A DNA stretch of 63,850 nucleotides, the filler included, from Streblomastix strix (lineage: Eukaryota), in assembly GCA_008636045.1 (NCBI GenBank). It is 4 parts of 4 records of this genome, joined end to end, with 100 filler letters (N's around TTAATTAATTAA, not from the genome) between each part and the next. Parts side by side here need not be neighbours in the genome. Positions count along the whole stretch, not along the records: positions 47,970 to 63,850 come from SNRW01000915.1; 3 more parts are not named here. One strand, written 5' to 3'. Of this stretch, positions 52,601 to 63,850 are shown piece after piece. Numbering within the stretch: position 1 is the stretch's first letter; each line of letters starts with the position of its first letter. Below the pieces are notes generated by a model. That model worked only from the letters and a program-made list of their open reading frames with translations. It was not told the DNA's origin and searched no databases. A program made the translations under genes and the position numbers.

Positions 52601-55600
52601 CATCAAATTCATTTCATTTAGCTTATAACACGAATTAAAATTAAAATTAAAAGAAACTTATGGATATATCTCCGGCTTCATCACCTATTCAAGATCTCAC
52701 TTCAATTCTTAGTTCTCCTTTATCTTCTTAATCTTCATCTTCACAATCATTATAAGGTATATAGACATCACCACCACAAAATCTATTTCTCCCATTTCCT
52801 CAATAATCTACATTGGACATGTCAGATATTAATAATCAGATGTAGAATCAGACTTAGTAGAACGTATTTAAATCCAACCTACAGTCTTAATCTTCACAAC
52901 CTGGTTACACTTCAATTGTAAATATGTCAACTCCAACACCATTAATGCCATCAACTCAAGGAAGCTAAAATTCTAATCTTGCAACTCTTCATTAACATCA
53001 TAACAGTCAATCTCCTTCTATAAATAATAGATCTGGATCTGGCAATACAAACTCATCAAATTAATAGGTGTTTAATTCATTAAGTAGCTCATCAATTATT
53101 GGTTAATAACATGGAAATAAAGATAATATATTCACAGACAATAATAAGATTAATTTATAATAAGGAAGAGGTAAAGTTGGAGGATTAGTTGGAGGAAGTA
53201 GAGAAGGAGGAGGATATTTATAATCATCATCATCATCATCATCAAGTAGTAGTCATTATAGAGGAGGAGGAAATACAATAAAGAAGAGAGCTCGATAACT
53301 TGCACGTGCACACACACTCAAAAACACAAAATAAACAAAAGGATCATCTGGTTTGCATTCTTAAAGGGAGAGTAACCATCAACATCATACTAAACATATT
53401 CATACTCATTCATCATAACAAAAGAATAATTAAGAAAATGAAGATAATAATAATAATAGTTAGAATTAGAATGACATACTTGATTTTGAAAAATCAAATG
53501 AATAATCATAAATGTAGAAATCTCCATCTCCGTTAAAATCACCATATGATATCATTCCAAGTTAATCTCCTTCATCCCCAACAATCTCTCATAATAACTC
53601 ACTTTCACATTCACAGTCAGAAAATGACTCCAATTCACATTCCAATTCCAGATCAAACTCTTTATCAAGTACATCATCTGATATTCGATCTGGTTCTAAA
53701 TCAACATCCCGTTCCAGATCACGTTCAAGATCAGGATCAGCAAATCCAATTTAATTAATTCCTTCTTCATCTCCATCAATTATATAATAAATTCAATCTC
53801 CTACGTAATAATAATAATAATTTGTGAACGATAATAAATCTGAAATGCATATGGATCATAATGAAGGAGAATTGCAAACAGAATCAACAGAAAATATAAA
53901 TACGAATACAGTTAATTTATCACAATATTCATCACCTTCAAATACAACTTCATCGTTAAATACAACAAATGATATTTCTACTACTGCATCTACTTCTTCT
54001 ACAGTTGATAGCTATCTCATAGGCTAAATAAGAACAGGGAGCATTGGAAGGATAAGCCCATCTCAAAGCTAGAATTTAACCAATGATTCAATTTCTTCCA
54101 GTTATACAATTAGTTCATATATAAATGCGCAATATTAAAAAGTTAAATAATTATAAAAAGAATCTGAAAATGGGAAAAACATTTTTACTCCCCAATCTCT
54201 GTCAGAATTAATAGATTTTAGTACTTTCTTACTCAGTTCCTAATAAGCCTAATAAGAATAGACTCTGTAATTCTTTAAGAAGCATCAGATTCCATCACGG
54301 ATACTCACATTATTACATCATCCTTCAAAAGCTACAGCTGTGAGTGCTACTCGTTTTTTAAGATACTTCTTTACAATATGTAGTAGAGGTGATGAGCGTA
54401 TTGTTGTAAAAGATTAACTTATACCTCATATTATAATAGCACTTGCATAACAAAGCAGAAGAGATGGAATGGTTTTATCTGCTTTACTTGATTTGCTTGA
54501 TTATTTTGCAGTTGACTAAAATAAAGATTAACTTCGAAATGATTTTGTAAAATGGATTATTAATGTCCAAATTGTTGGAAATGAAAAGAAAAGTATTGAA
54601 GAAGGATCTTAAACAGTTAAATTAGGAAATGAAGATGTAGATATAGATTTTAATACCAATATTAATGAAGAAGGAAGATAAGGAATAAATAAATAAAACT
54701 AATCAGAAGATGGAAATCATAAAAACATTCTTAATAAATATAATACACTTGACTTATCTGAGACATTTACAAAGATAAGTATGAATATATCAAATAAAGC
54801 TGATGATAAATTAGATCTGTAGGATTAGACAACAAACTTACAAGGAATGGATAAAGATTCAAATCCATTAGCTTCTCCATCACCATCTAAATAATCAACT
54901 GACTAGTCAATATCTTCATCATAAATGTAACGATCAGATTAAACTAATGTTAATAATAAAAAATTGAATAAGATGTAGAGAATAGAAAAGAAGAAAGAGG
55001 AATTAATGAAATTTCGTCCGATTTTACTGCTTTTAAGATAAAAACCAATAATTTCTTCTGCATTCGAGAAGATTTATGCTGCAAAAATAGGATTGAATGT
55101 TATAAATAACAATAATAAGATGAATTAGCAAAATGCTTACAATGCTATTATGTAGAAGAATGTTTTAATAAACAGAATCAATAATAAGAACAATAAGAAT
55201 AGTAGCAATAATAATTCATCAAATTTATTATAAGGATCTGACCTTTGGTTTATAATTGATGACCAATTGGGGTAGCTTGATTATAGGAGAAAGAAATAAA
55301 GTCAATCTTCTCTACATACGTATCTCAATAAACAAAGAAAATCTGGAAAATAAAAGTAAAAATTTAGGAAAAAAAGAGATATTAGAAATAGCTTGGATGA
55401 AAATTCATAAGGGATTGATTCAATTTTCAATAAAGGTAAGAAATCTTAAGGATTAAATGGAGCAAAAATTGGAGTAGACTCCAATTACTCATTATAAATA
55501 CAACCAGAAGATGAAGAAGGAGAAGAATCAAATGATAATGATTAAGAATAAGATTAAGAATCAGAGGATACATTAGATGATATAATTGATTAAGAATTTG

Positions 55601-57900
55601 AAGATAATTACTTTAGTGATAAAGATAAAGATGAAAATGAAATAGATGAAGCTGATATGAGTGGAATTGATGAAGATGATGAAAGTGATGAAGCAGATTA
55701 GAATGATGATAATATTTCTGATTTGAGTTAAAAGAAGAAGCAACTAAAGAAACTGAAACATGATTAGAAACTTTTGAAAGTGAGGTAACAACAAATTCTT
55801 GAATAAATGTAATCAAGAGGAAATTAATCAATTTCTGAACAAGGAAATATACACGTATCAACTCCAATTAGATATAATTCTAAGTAACCTTAATCTTCTT
55901 CTTCATCACCATATATGTCTCCTCGTTTAAATGTTAAATTAGGAGGAATGAATTCATCATTAATGGATAAGGAAGAGATCTATGCAAGTAGAAGGAAATC
56001 TTTGTAAAGAGAAAATGATGATAAAGAAGAAGATGAAGCTGTATTTTCAGATGAAGATGATAATGAAGAAGGATAACTTAAATCAATATAAGGCCCTAAA
56101 GGTGAGATGTATATGATGTTATCGGATAAAGATGATGAAAACTTTAAAGAGAAAAGATAAAAAGACAATAATACTACTCCATCTTCACCTTAAAAATTAT
56201 CAAGAGAATTATCTGTTTAAATTAAAAATGACAATAAAAAATAGCAAAATATAACTTTGGATAATCTAAATTCAAATAATTTAAATTCCAATTTAGATTA
56301 AGATGATGAAGATGATGATGGAACTCCATTAAGATTAAATATAAAAGGAGGAGATGAAGATGATGAAGAAGATGATGATGAGATATTTCTTGGAAAGAAA
56401 AAAGTGAAAAAAGAAGGAAATGCAAATATAAAAATTTAAATCGGAAATAAAGGATAATAATAGTCAAATGATAAGAATGAAATAGCTAAAGAGAATGAAA
56501 TTCATAATAATGAAATGAGAAATTAAACTTCGGATAATAATGAAGATGAAGAAGAAGAGGAAGAAGATGAAGAAAATGACGGATCAATAATAATTTAGAA
56601 GAAAAAGAGAAAAAGAGGAGATTTTGAATAAAGCAATGATGGAAAATTGAAAGAAAAAGCTGATAATAAATGGAAAAGCATTTCATTTAAAATCATAAAT
56701 GAGAAAGAGATGGACAAAGATTTAAGTAGCGCTTCTAGTAATGAAAGTCTTAGCAGTAGTGATTTAGAGAATGATATTGAAAATAGAAGTGATGGAAGAA
56801 TTGAATAACAAAGAAATAATTAAGATATTACATTTGATTAAAAATAAGCCAATTATAAGAAAGATAACATTAAAAAGAAAAAAAGAAAGAAAAAAGAAGA
56901 GAGAAATAATTTAAGGAAGAGAATTAGATATACAAATGATGATACATAAAATATATAAGAATAAGAATAAGAATAAAATACCAATTAGAAGATGAATGGA
57001 AACAAATATTTGCATGAATTGGCTGATAAAGATGACTAACTGGCATAAGCTGTCACATTCACTTCATAAACAAATTAAGAAGAAATATAATAATATGGAG
57101 ATTTTGAATACAGTGGAAGTTTGTAAGGCTCAGTCGTTAGTAATTAACAATAACAATAATATTCTCCTCAATAATAAACAGTTGGTTATTCTCCAATAAT
57201 TTCAATCAGTCCACGAACCATTTCACCAGTGCCTTTGAAACAAGTTCGTACTTCACCATCATTTGCAAATTAAAATATTATACTTAATTAACAAGGTCTA
57301 TCTTCTTCATTGCACACAATTCCAATTCCATAATCTTAATCATCATCTTCTTCTTCTTAAACTCAATATTCATCTTCAAACATCTCTCCAAATTTAACTG
57401 CTCTTTCACCACTATCAGATTCACCAACACCAAAATCTCCTGTTCTTCATCTTAATTCATCAATTCATGATACTCATACAGGTCCAATTGTAGCTCCACT
57501 TTCTCCTCATGATTCTGTTTCTATTACACAAATGGATGTTGTTGATATTGGACCTGGTGTTGGAGCTCTCATTAATAATTTATAATCACCCCCTCATGCA
57601 ATGCATACAGGGCACGTTCTTGAAAATGCAATTTAACATGCTGCATTTGAGCAATATTAAGCACAACACATACCCACCTTTTTAATTAATTAGAATAATA
57701 TAAGCAATTCTAATCAACCATCTCTTATTTCATTTGAACAATTATAGTCTTAAGAGTTCTCTTCAAATTCATAACAATAGTTTCCAGCCTAATAGCAATT
57801 AACTCATTTACCACATTCGTAAACCCAATTAATAGGAAATCATTAATAATAGGATTCAACAGGAATAAATGAATAGAGGTCAAATTTTGAGGGTTATTGA
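49698..57900 (+). CDS. PPP4R3: PP4 regulatory subunit 3 (SMEK/Psy2/Falafel-like) with large low-complexity expansions
   Basis: EVH1-like N-terminus KAKLYEQ..WEAKGIGWV...YQKEG/DTLIVWS...LSFSF.KAEGCEQIW; SMK-1 region IGCLEYNP...HSEFL...LKDVVLPLQLDD. Introns at ~49785-49842 and ~49932-50005. TGA at 57900. Confidence 0.88.
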
Positions 57901-58882
57901 TATGATTTTATGTAAATTTATTCTTTTAAAATTACATTGTATTATTATTGTTATTATTAAATATTCATATCAACAAAAAATAATAAAATAAATGAGTGAA
58001 TTATATACTTATCAATAAAAATTTTTTTTCAAAAATTTAAATTTTTGTAGGTAAATAATTTAACCTAACAATTATAATAATAAATCAATAAATATATTAT
58101 ATATATTGTTTATTATAGTTACAGGTCATAAATATGCCTGGTTTACAAGAACGCAAAAAATATTTTTCATTCAAAATATAAGTGATTAGTTAACGAATTA
58201 AGGTGCAATGGTAACTATTGTATGTCTACTAATGATTTAAATCAAGATAGTATATATTAGAAAACTTTACAATATTTTTTTTAAGTTTTCATTTTAGAAA
58301 AATTAACATAGCAAACTATTCCCAGTAAACACTTTAAAAATATGCACAAATGAAATAAATCAATTTATAATAATAAATAATATATTTATTAATGTACAAT
58401 AAATAAAATATAATTATAAATGTAAGGAAAACAGAGGTTCATTGTTTGAAAAAATTACTCTCCTTTTCCCATCCGCACAACTTGCAAACAAGTTATTATC
58501 GTATGTATATGCCCTATAATAATATATAATATATGAAAACATAACAAAATATAATTTTTAATTATTGTGACTGGTGGATTTTGAAAAAAAAATAAAAAAC
58601 TGAAAATCACCATCGCTAAGTATACGGATTTTTCTAATCACTAAAAATGAAGTGTATATATATTATATATTCATATTTTATATTCAAAACAAATTCGCAT
58701 ATACTTTTAAAATCCATCCGAAAATTGGCAATTTTGGACCGATTTTTGACAGGCCTATGAAAAAAAATATTAAATTGTAACTATAAGTGATAAATTTAAA
58801 CTTAAAGAATTATAATAAAATAAATTTAGAAGAAAAAACTATAGAAGCAACAAATAGCTACAAATAAACAAAGATATAATCA

Positions 58883-60420
58883 TCAATATCCTTATTTCCA
58901 ATTCATCATGTAATATAAGTTAGGAATCCATGGTTTGCCAGTTGTTTTCTCTACTACCATCCCTTTTGCATACAGTTGCAGGTTCTCAGCAAGAAGTTAT
59001 TCAAATATTGGGTCAATTTTAAGACATCCCGAAATATGCGGCGTGAGTATTAATCTATTGACAGGAAAATTAGAAGTTAAAAGCGCATTCGTAGAAGTTA
59101 ATGGCTCTTGTTCAAATACATCCAAAACTATAGTTTGTACCCAATTATTCTTGAGTGCTAATATAATTTCGGATTATGATATTATTGAAGCTCGTCCGAC
59201 GTTGATGAAAATGCAGTTTGGTTTGCAATATTGAAGAGGATGACATTAGTTTTTGTCATCAGTTTCACCTCCTCCCAAAAGATAATCAGATTCTGGAGTG
59301 GATGGAAGAGCATTCAACAAGACATCAACACCACTCAAGAATTCTTTTAGAATTGATTATCTTGACTTTTTAGGATCATCCATATAAAACATACGTTCAT
59401 AACATTCAGCTGCTTATGGCAAGAGTTGTTTTACATCTTTAGGCTCAAACTGAGGAGTAAATAATGGTTCTCCTTCTAATCGTTTTCTTCGATATAATCC
59501 CCATAGTTTCACTCCCATTACATGAAGTCTTTTTGCCACATCCTAACCGATCATTCCAGTTGCTCCTAAATATTTCAAATTTTAGTTGAAAAAATTGAAT
59601 TTCTTAATCAATTTTATGAAATAAGAGAATATATACCTAGTATTCCAAATTTTAATTGAGAAAATTGATTCTATTGAAGACATTGCTATCTAATTGAAAA
59701 TGGTGATATTTTTCTTTTTTAAACTTCAGTTATCAAAAGAATATTGCGATTCAACATAATAACTATACCAATAACATATTCTGCAATCTATGGCCCATAA
59801 AATTAGACAGCACGGGAAGTAACGAATGGAGGAGGAGTGTTCTTATAATGAGGAGCAATCTATACAAGTCTATCAGCATTTGAATTTAGACTTAAGAACC
59901 TATAGTATAATTATCAAAAGAATAGAAGAAAGATATTTTAGATTAAAGATTTAACAGAAGAATACCATCTCAAATTTGGACAAGCAGATTGATTCTACAA
60001 CCTTTGGAGTAATGATGGAGGTCCAATTAATACATGCGTTTACTTCAATTGTTCTTCAAATTTTACATGCGATTCATTGGGCATATATAAAAAGTCAAAA
60101 TTGAAATTAGGATCAAGAGTATATAGGATTTTAATGATGACTCTTTGAAGCTACTCATTAGACGAAATTGCAAGAATTAAATATTTCTGCTATGATTTTG
60201 TTGCAACAGACAATTGTTAAGTCTAAAATTAATAGATTAAAAATAATAAATTAATTTATAATATTTCATAAAATTGATAAAATATAAAAAATATTAATAT
60301 CATTTCTTCAGAAAAACTGGTTATTTTCGGAGAAACGTGAAAAAATGCCAAGCAAACAAATATATGTTATTTATTATAGTAATTTCACACATCATTCGTT
60401 TGTGTATGTTTTTTACTCAT
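58883..60420 (-). CDS. D-isomer-specific 2-hydroxyacid dehydrogenase (GhrA-like)
   Basis: IAEYV, LGILGATGMIGQDVAKRL, IFINVGRA, VLDVFEQEPL, LILTPHISG and C-terminal GY*. Three introns. Confidence 0.92.
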
Positions 60421-60748
60421 CGACTGGTTTGAATTATAAGTGGGATTAATAAAAAATATGGCAATAAAATAGAATTTAGAAAAAAATTTATCAATAATAT
60501 CGCTTAGATTTTATTTAGATTTTTGTTTTAAAATACTGGGAATATACATGCATTATCACTAACGTAAATCAAAAAAAGCATGCAACATAAGCAATAAAAT
60601 AAACAAAGAAAATTTGTAAGCTATTATTTATTATTAGAATATTTCAGGATCATCTTTTCTAAATATGGCGTGAATTGCCATTCCAAGGGTTCTTATTCAC
60701 TTATTTTTTGTCTTTAATGAATAACCATCGTGTAATAAAACTTAGCTT

Positions 60749-62337
60749 TCATAAAATAAAGAAAGCATCTGATCCACCATATGCACATTTTTCCAGATCC
60801 TTGAACTTCTCTGGCTCATCTTCTCTTAGCAACTCTGGTCGCGCAACATATAACACTTCAAACTTAAATGAAAATTGCATAAAAAATAGTAGAACATAAA
60901 TATATATTATATTCTTTCATTAAAAATTTCATGCCATATTACCATGATCGCTAAAACGAGCAGGTGTGTGTCTCAGAGTATTAATAATGGGCCCAACTTC
61001 AGGAAGATGTGTTCGTTGCTCTGGATTCGATGGATCAAGAAGTAAGATTCTTGAAGGAGTCTATGAATGAAATAATATATAATATAATATAATAATATAA
61101 TCTTATAATCATAATCACACTTTCTTCTTTGGTTCATAAGCAACAGCTGTTTTTCCACCTCCATCTCTCTAAACTAGAACAGGAGGACAGAATGGTACTT
61201 TAATTACGATCTTCTTCTTCTCTCCTTCAACAATTTCTTCTTTAATTAATTAAATTGGATAAGCAGATATAGGAGGATAAGGTGGACGTGCTTCATGGAT
61301 AATAATAGAAGGTTTTGAAGAAGAAGGAGGAGATGATGATTATGGAGGAGGTGAAGAAGAAGAAGTAGAAGATGATGATGAGGAAGAAGAAGATGATGAT
61401 GAGGAAGTAGAAGATGATGATGAGGAAGAAGAAGATGATGATTATGGAGGAGGTGAAGAAGAAGAAGATGTAGCATCTGAACTTGAACTGGTAGCACCTT
61501 GAAAAGTCTTTCTCAAATCTTCAAGATCTTCTGGGGAAATTTTACTCATATCTACTTTAAGTTCAGTAAGGATTTATTCGATAGTCATTGCTGATTAAGT
61601 ACTCTCTCTTGGTAATTATAAAGCTTTAGCAATCTTTTTTAAATCCATTCTAATATTATCTCTTACTTCCTCAAATTAATCATTATCATCATCAACATCT
61701 GCAAGATCTGATTTGAATGTTGACTTTCGTGGTTCAGCTCCAAGATTCAAACGTGTTCTAAAGTAATAAACTAGCCAGTTGTGTAATGTATTTGGACCAT
61801 CTGTATAAATATCAATCAGTACTACAGGTATCCTTAAAGATCTGAAAAGAGCCCATGTTTCTGCTGGTCCAATTTTAGATTGAGTTCCACTAACCTAACC
61901 TCCTTGTTGTTGCTTAGAAGTTGGATCATATCCAGCATCAAATGCTTTGTCAATCAATAATTAGATCTCTTATATTGTTGGTATTCCGGGTATACCAAGC
62001 TGGGTCAAATGCTCATGAAACACTGGAACGTGATGAAGATATGAGAATTGCATTTATATATTTCTATATCCTCCTCCCCATCCAAGATCTTGTCCTCCAC
62101 CAAAATAGTCAACTAGCTAAGTTACAACAGGCTTACCAACGGAAGTAGCATAATGATATTGCTAAAGTTAGGACTAAGATAAATATAACGTTTATGAATA
62201 CAAAAAAATTACATAAAAGATAAAAATATTTAACAAATTAAATGAAAGTAAATTTAAGAAAATACCTGAATATTTGATGATACATCCGGTACATGAACTG
62301 AAGCAAAATCAACAGGTTCAGGTGTTTAATCAGCCAT
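60749..62337 (-). CDS. ZUP1/ZUFSP/Mug105-family peptidase C78 homologue, catalytic Cys and His substituted
   Basis: DLGWGGGYRNIQMQFSYL (canonical DxGWGCGYRNxQM), IPTIQEIQLLIDKAFDAGYDP, GTQSKIGPAE, LHNWLVYYF, PPVLVQRDGGGKT (canonical PPIYLQHQGHSRT) and LLLDP. Three introns. Confidence 0.85.
61325..61470 (-). repeat. Ser/Pro-rich tandem repeat inside the ZUP1-like gene
   Basis: Repeated GAAGAAGATGATGATGAG and GATGATGATTATGGAGGAGGTGAAGAAG units on the + strand encode poly-Ser and PPPQS. Confidence 0.7.
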
Positions 62338-62994
62338 TGAAGTTAAATTTATCTAATTATATATTCAAATGTCTAATGAAAAGTGTGAAAAAGAAAAAGA
62401 AATAAAAAAAGTGAAAATCTCTGAATATATGGTAAATGAGATATTTGATAATAAAATAATATTGTATATATAATGATTGTGTGTTTTATGTAAGAATTTT
62501 AATCTATGAAAAGGTTTTAAGCAGTAGTGTTGGAAATAAGAAGGCTTTTCTTTCTGAAGAGCATTCTACTACAAGTAATATATATATTGAGTAAATATTA
62601 TGAAAGTTTGTATTATTGGTGTGTAGTATGCATTTATGAATAATATATATAAATTGAGACTTAAAAGGAAGATTTGGAGTGCCAATTTACAAATCATCGT
62701 TGTCAAAAAAATAAATGCATTATAATATTGAAATTAGTAAAAATTTATTTTAACAAAATTTAATAAATTTTTTTCTATAATAATTATTACCAATATCTCC
62801 GCATTATTATAAGTTCCTATTAACATCAAAGTACAAAACATAAGGCAGGTGTTGCATTTTGTTAAAAATATCTTATATTTTATATTTCAATTACTGATTT
62901 TAAATAATGTTTTAATTTCATCAATCATAAATTTCTTCTTATCAGGTTGGATTGAAAATTTTTAATTTATAATCTTAAGGAATTTTTAGTCAAC

Positions 62995-63264
62995 AGTTAT
63001 TATAAGAACGAGGAGAGTGCCCCACATAGAAATATTTTTATAAATTATGATGATTATATATTGGAAATAAAATATAAAATAATTTATGCTAGACCAGATT
63101 TGTGAATCAATAGTGTTAAACAAAACAAAGCGATGGGTTAGATCAATGGAATGGAATTGAATTAAATATATGAGTATGAAATATATATATATGTATTATT
63201 AATGAAGTAACTATTTGAAATTAAACTTTGCACATATGACACATTCCTTGTTCCTATAACTACT
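62995..63264. mobile_element. ~270-bp AGT...ACT inverted-repeat element, copy 2
   Basis: Left end AGTTATTATAAGAACGAGGAGAGTGCCCCACATAG; right end CACATTCCTTGTTCCTATAACTACT. Confidence 0.65.
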
Positions 63265-63342
63265 CGCAGAGCTACTGTCATAGATTAATGAATGAAAAAT
63301 AATGGAAACTTAAAATATATTAGTAAAACCATCAATTGTTTG

Positions 63343-63678
63343 TAGGGCTGCATGAAAAAATATGAAAATTTTCAATCAGCGATCGGATTCCGCGAAATTC
63401 GCGGAAAGCTTAGATGAGACAATTAAATAGTTATGTCATTTTATTCGAATTCGAGTGCAACTATTCAATTTTTGGGGTTTTTCTTCTATTTTCCTTTTCA
63501 CATTATTCATAAACAAATTTCATATATTTTTTGATTTATTTTAGTTATAACTTAAAAATGAAATTTTTCAAAAAATAATTTTTTTTAATTTTTTTATGGG
63601 GTCTCAATTAAAATTTCCGCGAAGTCCAAATAAATTCGCGGAAACCGCGCAATTTCCGCGGATTTTCATGCAACCCTA
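63343..63678. mobile_element. hAT-type MITE with 16-bp TIR and 8-bp TSD
   Basis: TIRs TAGGGCTGCATGAAAA and TTTTCATGCAACCCTA (1 mismatch). Perfect TSD ATTGTTTG at 63335-63342 and 63679-63686. Subterminal TTCCGCG/CGCGGAA repeats at both ends. Confidence 0.92.
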
Positions 63679-63703
63679 ATTGTTTGAACCTTTATCGAGT
63701 GAA

Positions 63704-63850
63704 AGTAGTTATGAGAATATGGAAAGTGCCCCACATAGAAAAATACAATAAATAATGTTAAATAAAATAATGATTATAAAATAATGAAAATAAATAATAA
63801 TAATAAAAATATCATGTTTATTAATGTAAAATAAAAATATACACTTGATT
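63704..63850. mobile_element. AGT...ACT element, copy 3 (left end only, cut by the window end)
   Basis: AGTAGTTATGAGAATATGGAAAGTGCCCCACATAGAAAAATACAATAAATAATG aligns with 19758-19815. Confidence 0.65.

Noticed and set aside
58432..58759. Possible degenerate hAT-like MITE (CAGAGG...CCTATG)
   Set aside because: The termini match at only about 5 positions and there is no convincing TSD.

Overview
AT-rich, intron-containing eukaryotic DNA that uses the TAA/TAG=Gln code with TGA as the only stop, so the supplied standard-code ORF track is mostly misleading. The code, gene style and repeat families suggest an oxymonad such as Streblomastix (inference). The window is four apparently unrelated ~15.9-kb contigs (1-15895, 15996-31884, 31985-47869, 47970-63850) joined by artificial 100-bp N/TTAATTAATTAA spacers. 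Contig 1: a giant USP9X/USP24/USP34-type deubiquitinase. Contig 2: DIRS retrotransposon remnants, then a degraded ~12-kb endogenous Maverick/Polinton-like DNA virus with A32 packaging ATPase, probable major capsid, phage-like fibre, D(35)D retroviral-type integrase and shared upstream motifs, cut off by the contig end. Contig 3: multi-C2 protein, ARM-like protein, sugar porter, PP2A B56 subunit. Contig 4: GLFG nucleoporin, PP4R3/SMEK, GhrA-like dehydrogenase, a ZUP1/ZUFSP homologue lacking its catalytic Cys and His, a hAT MITE with a perfect 8-bp TSD, and two more copies of a ~270-bp AGT...ACT inverted-repeat element that also borders the virus. All translations were done by hand, so the boundaries of degenerate genes are approximate.
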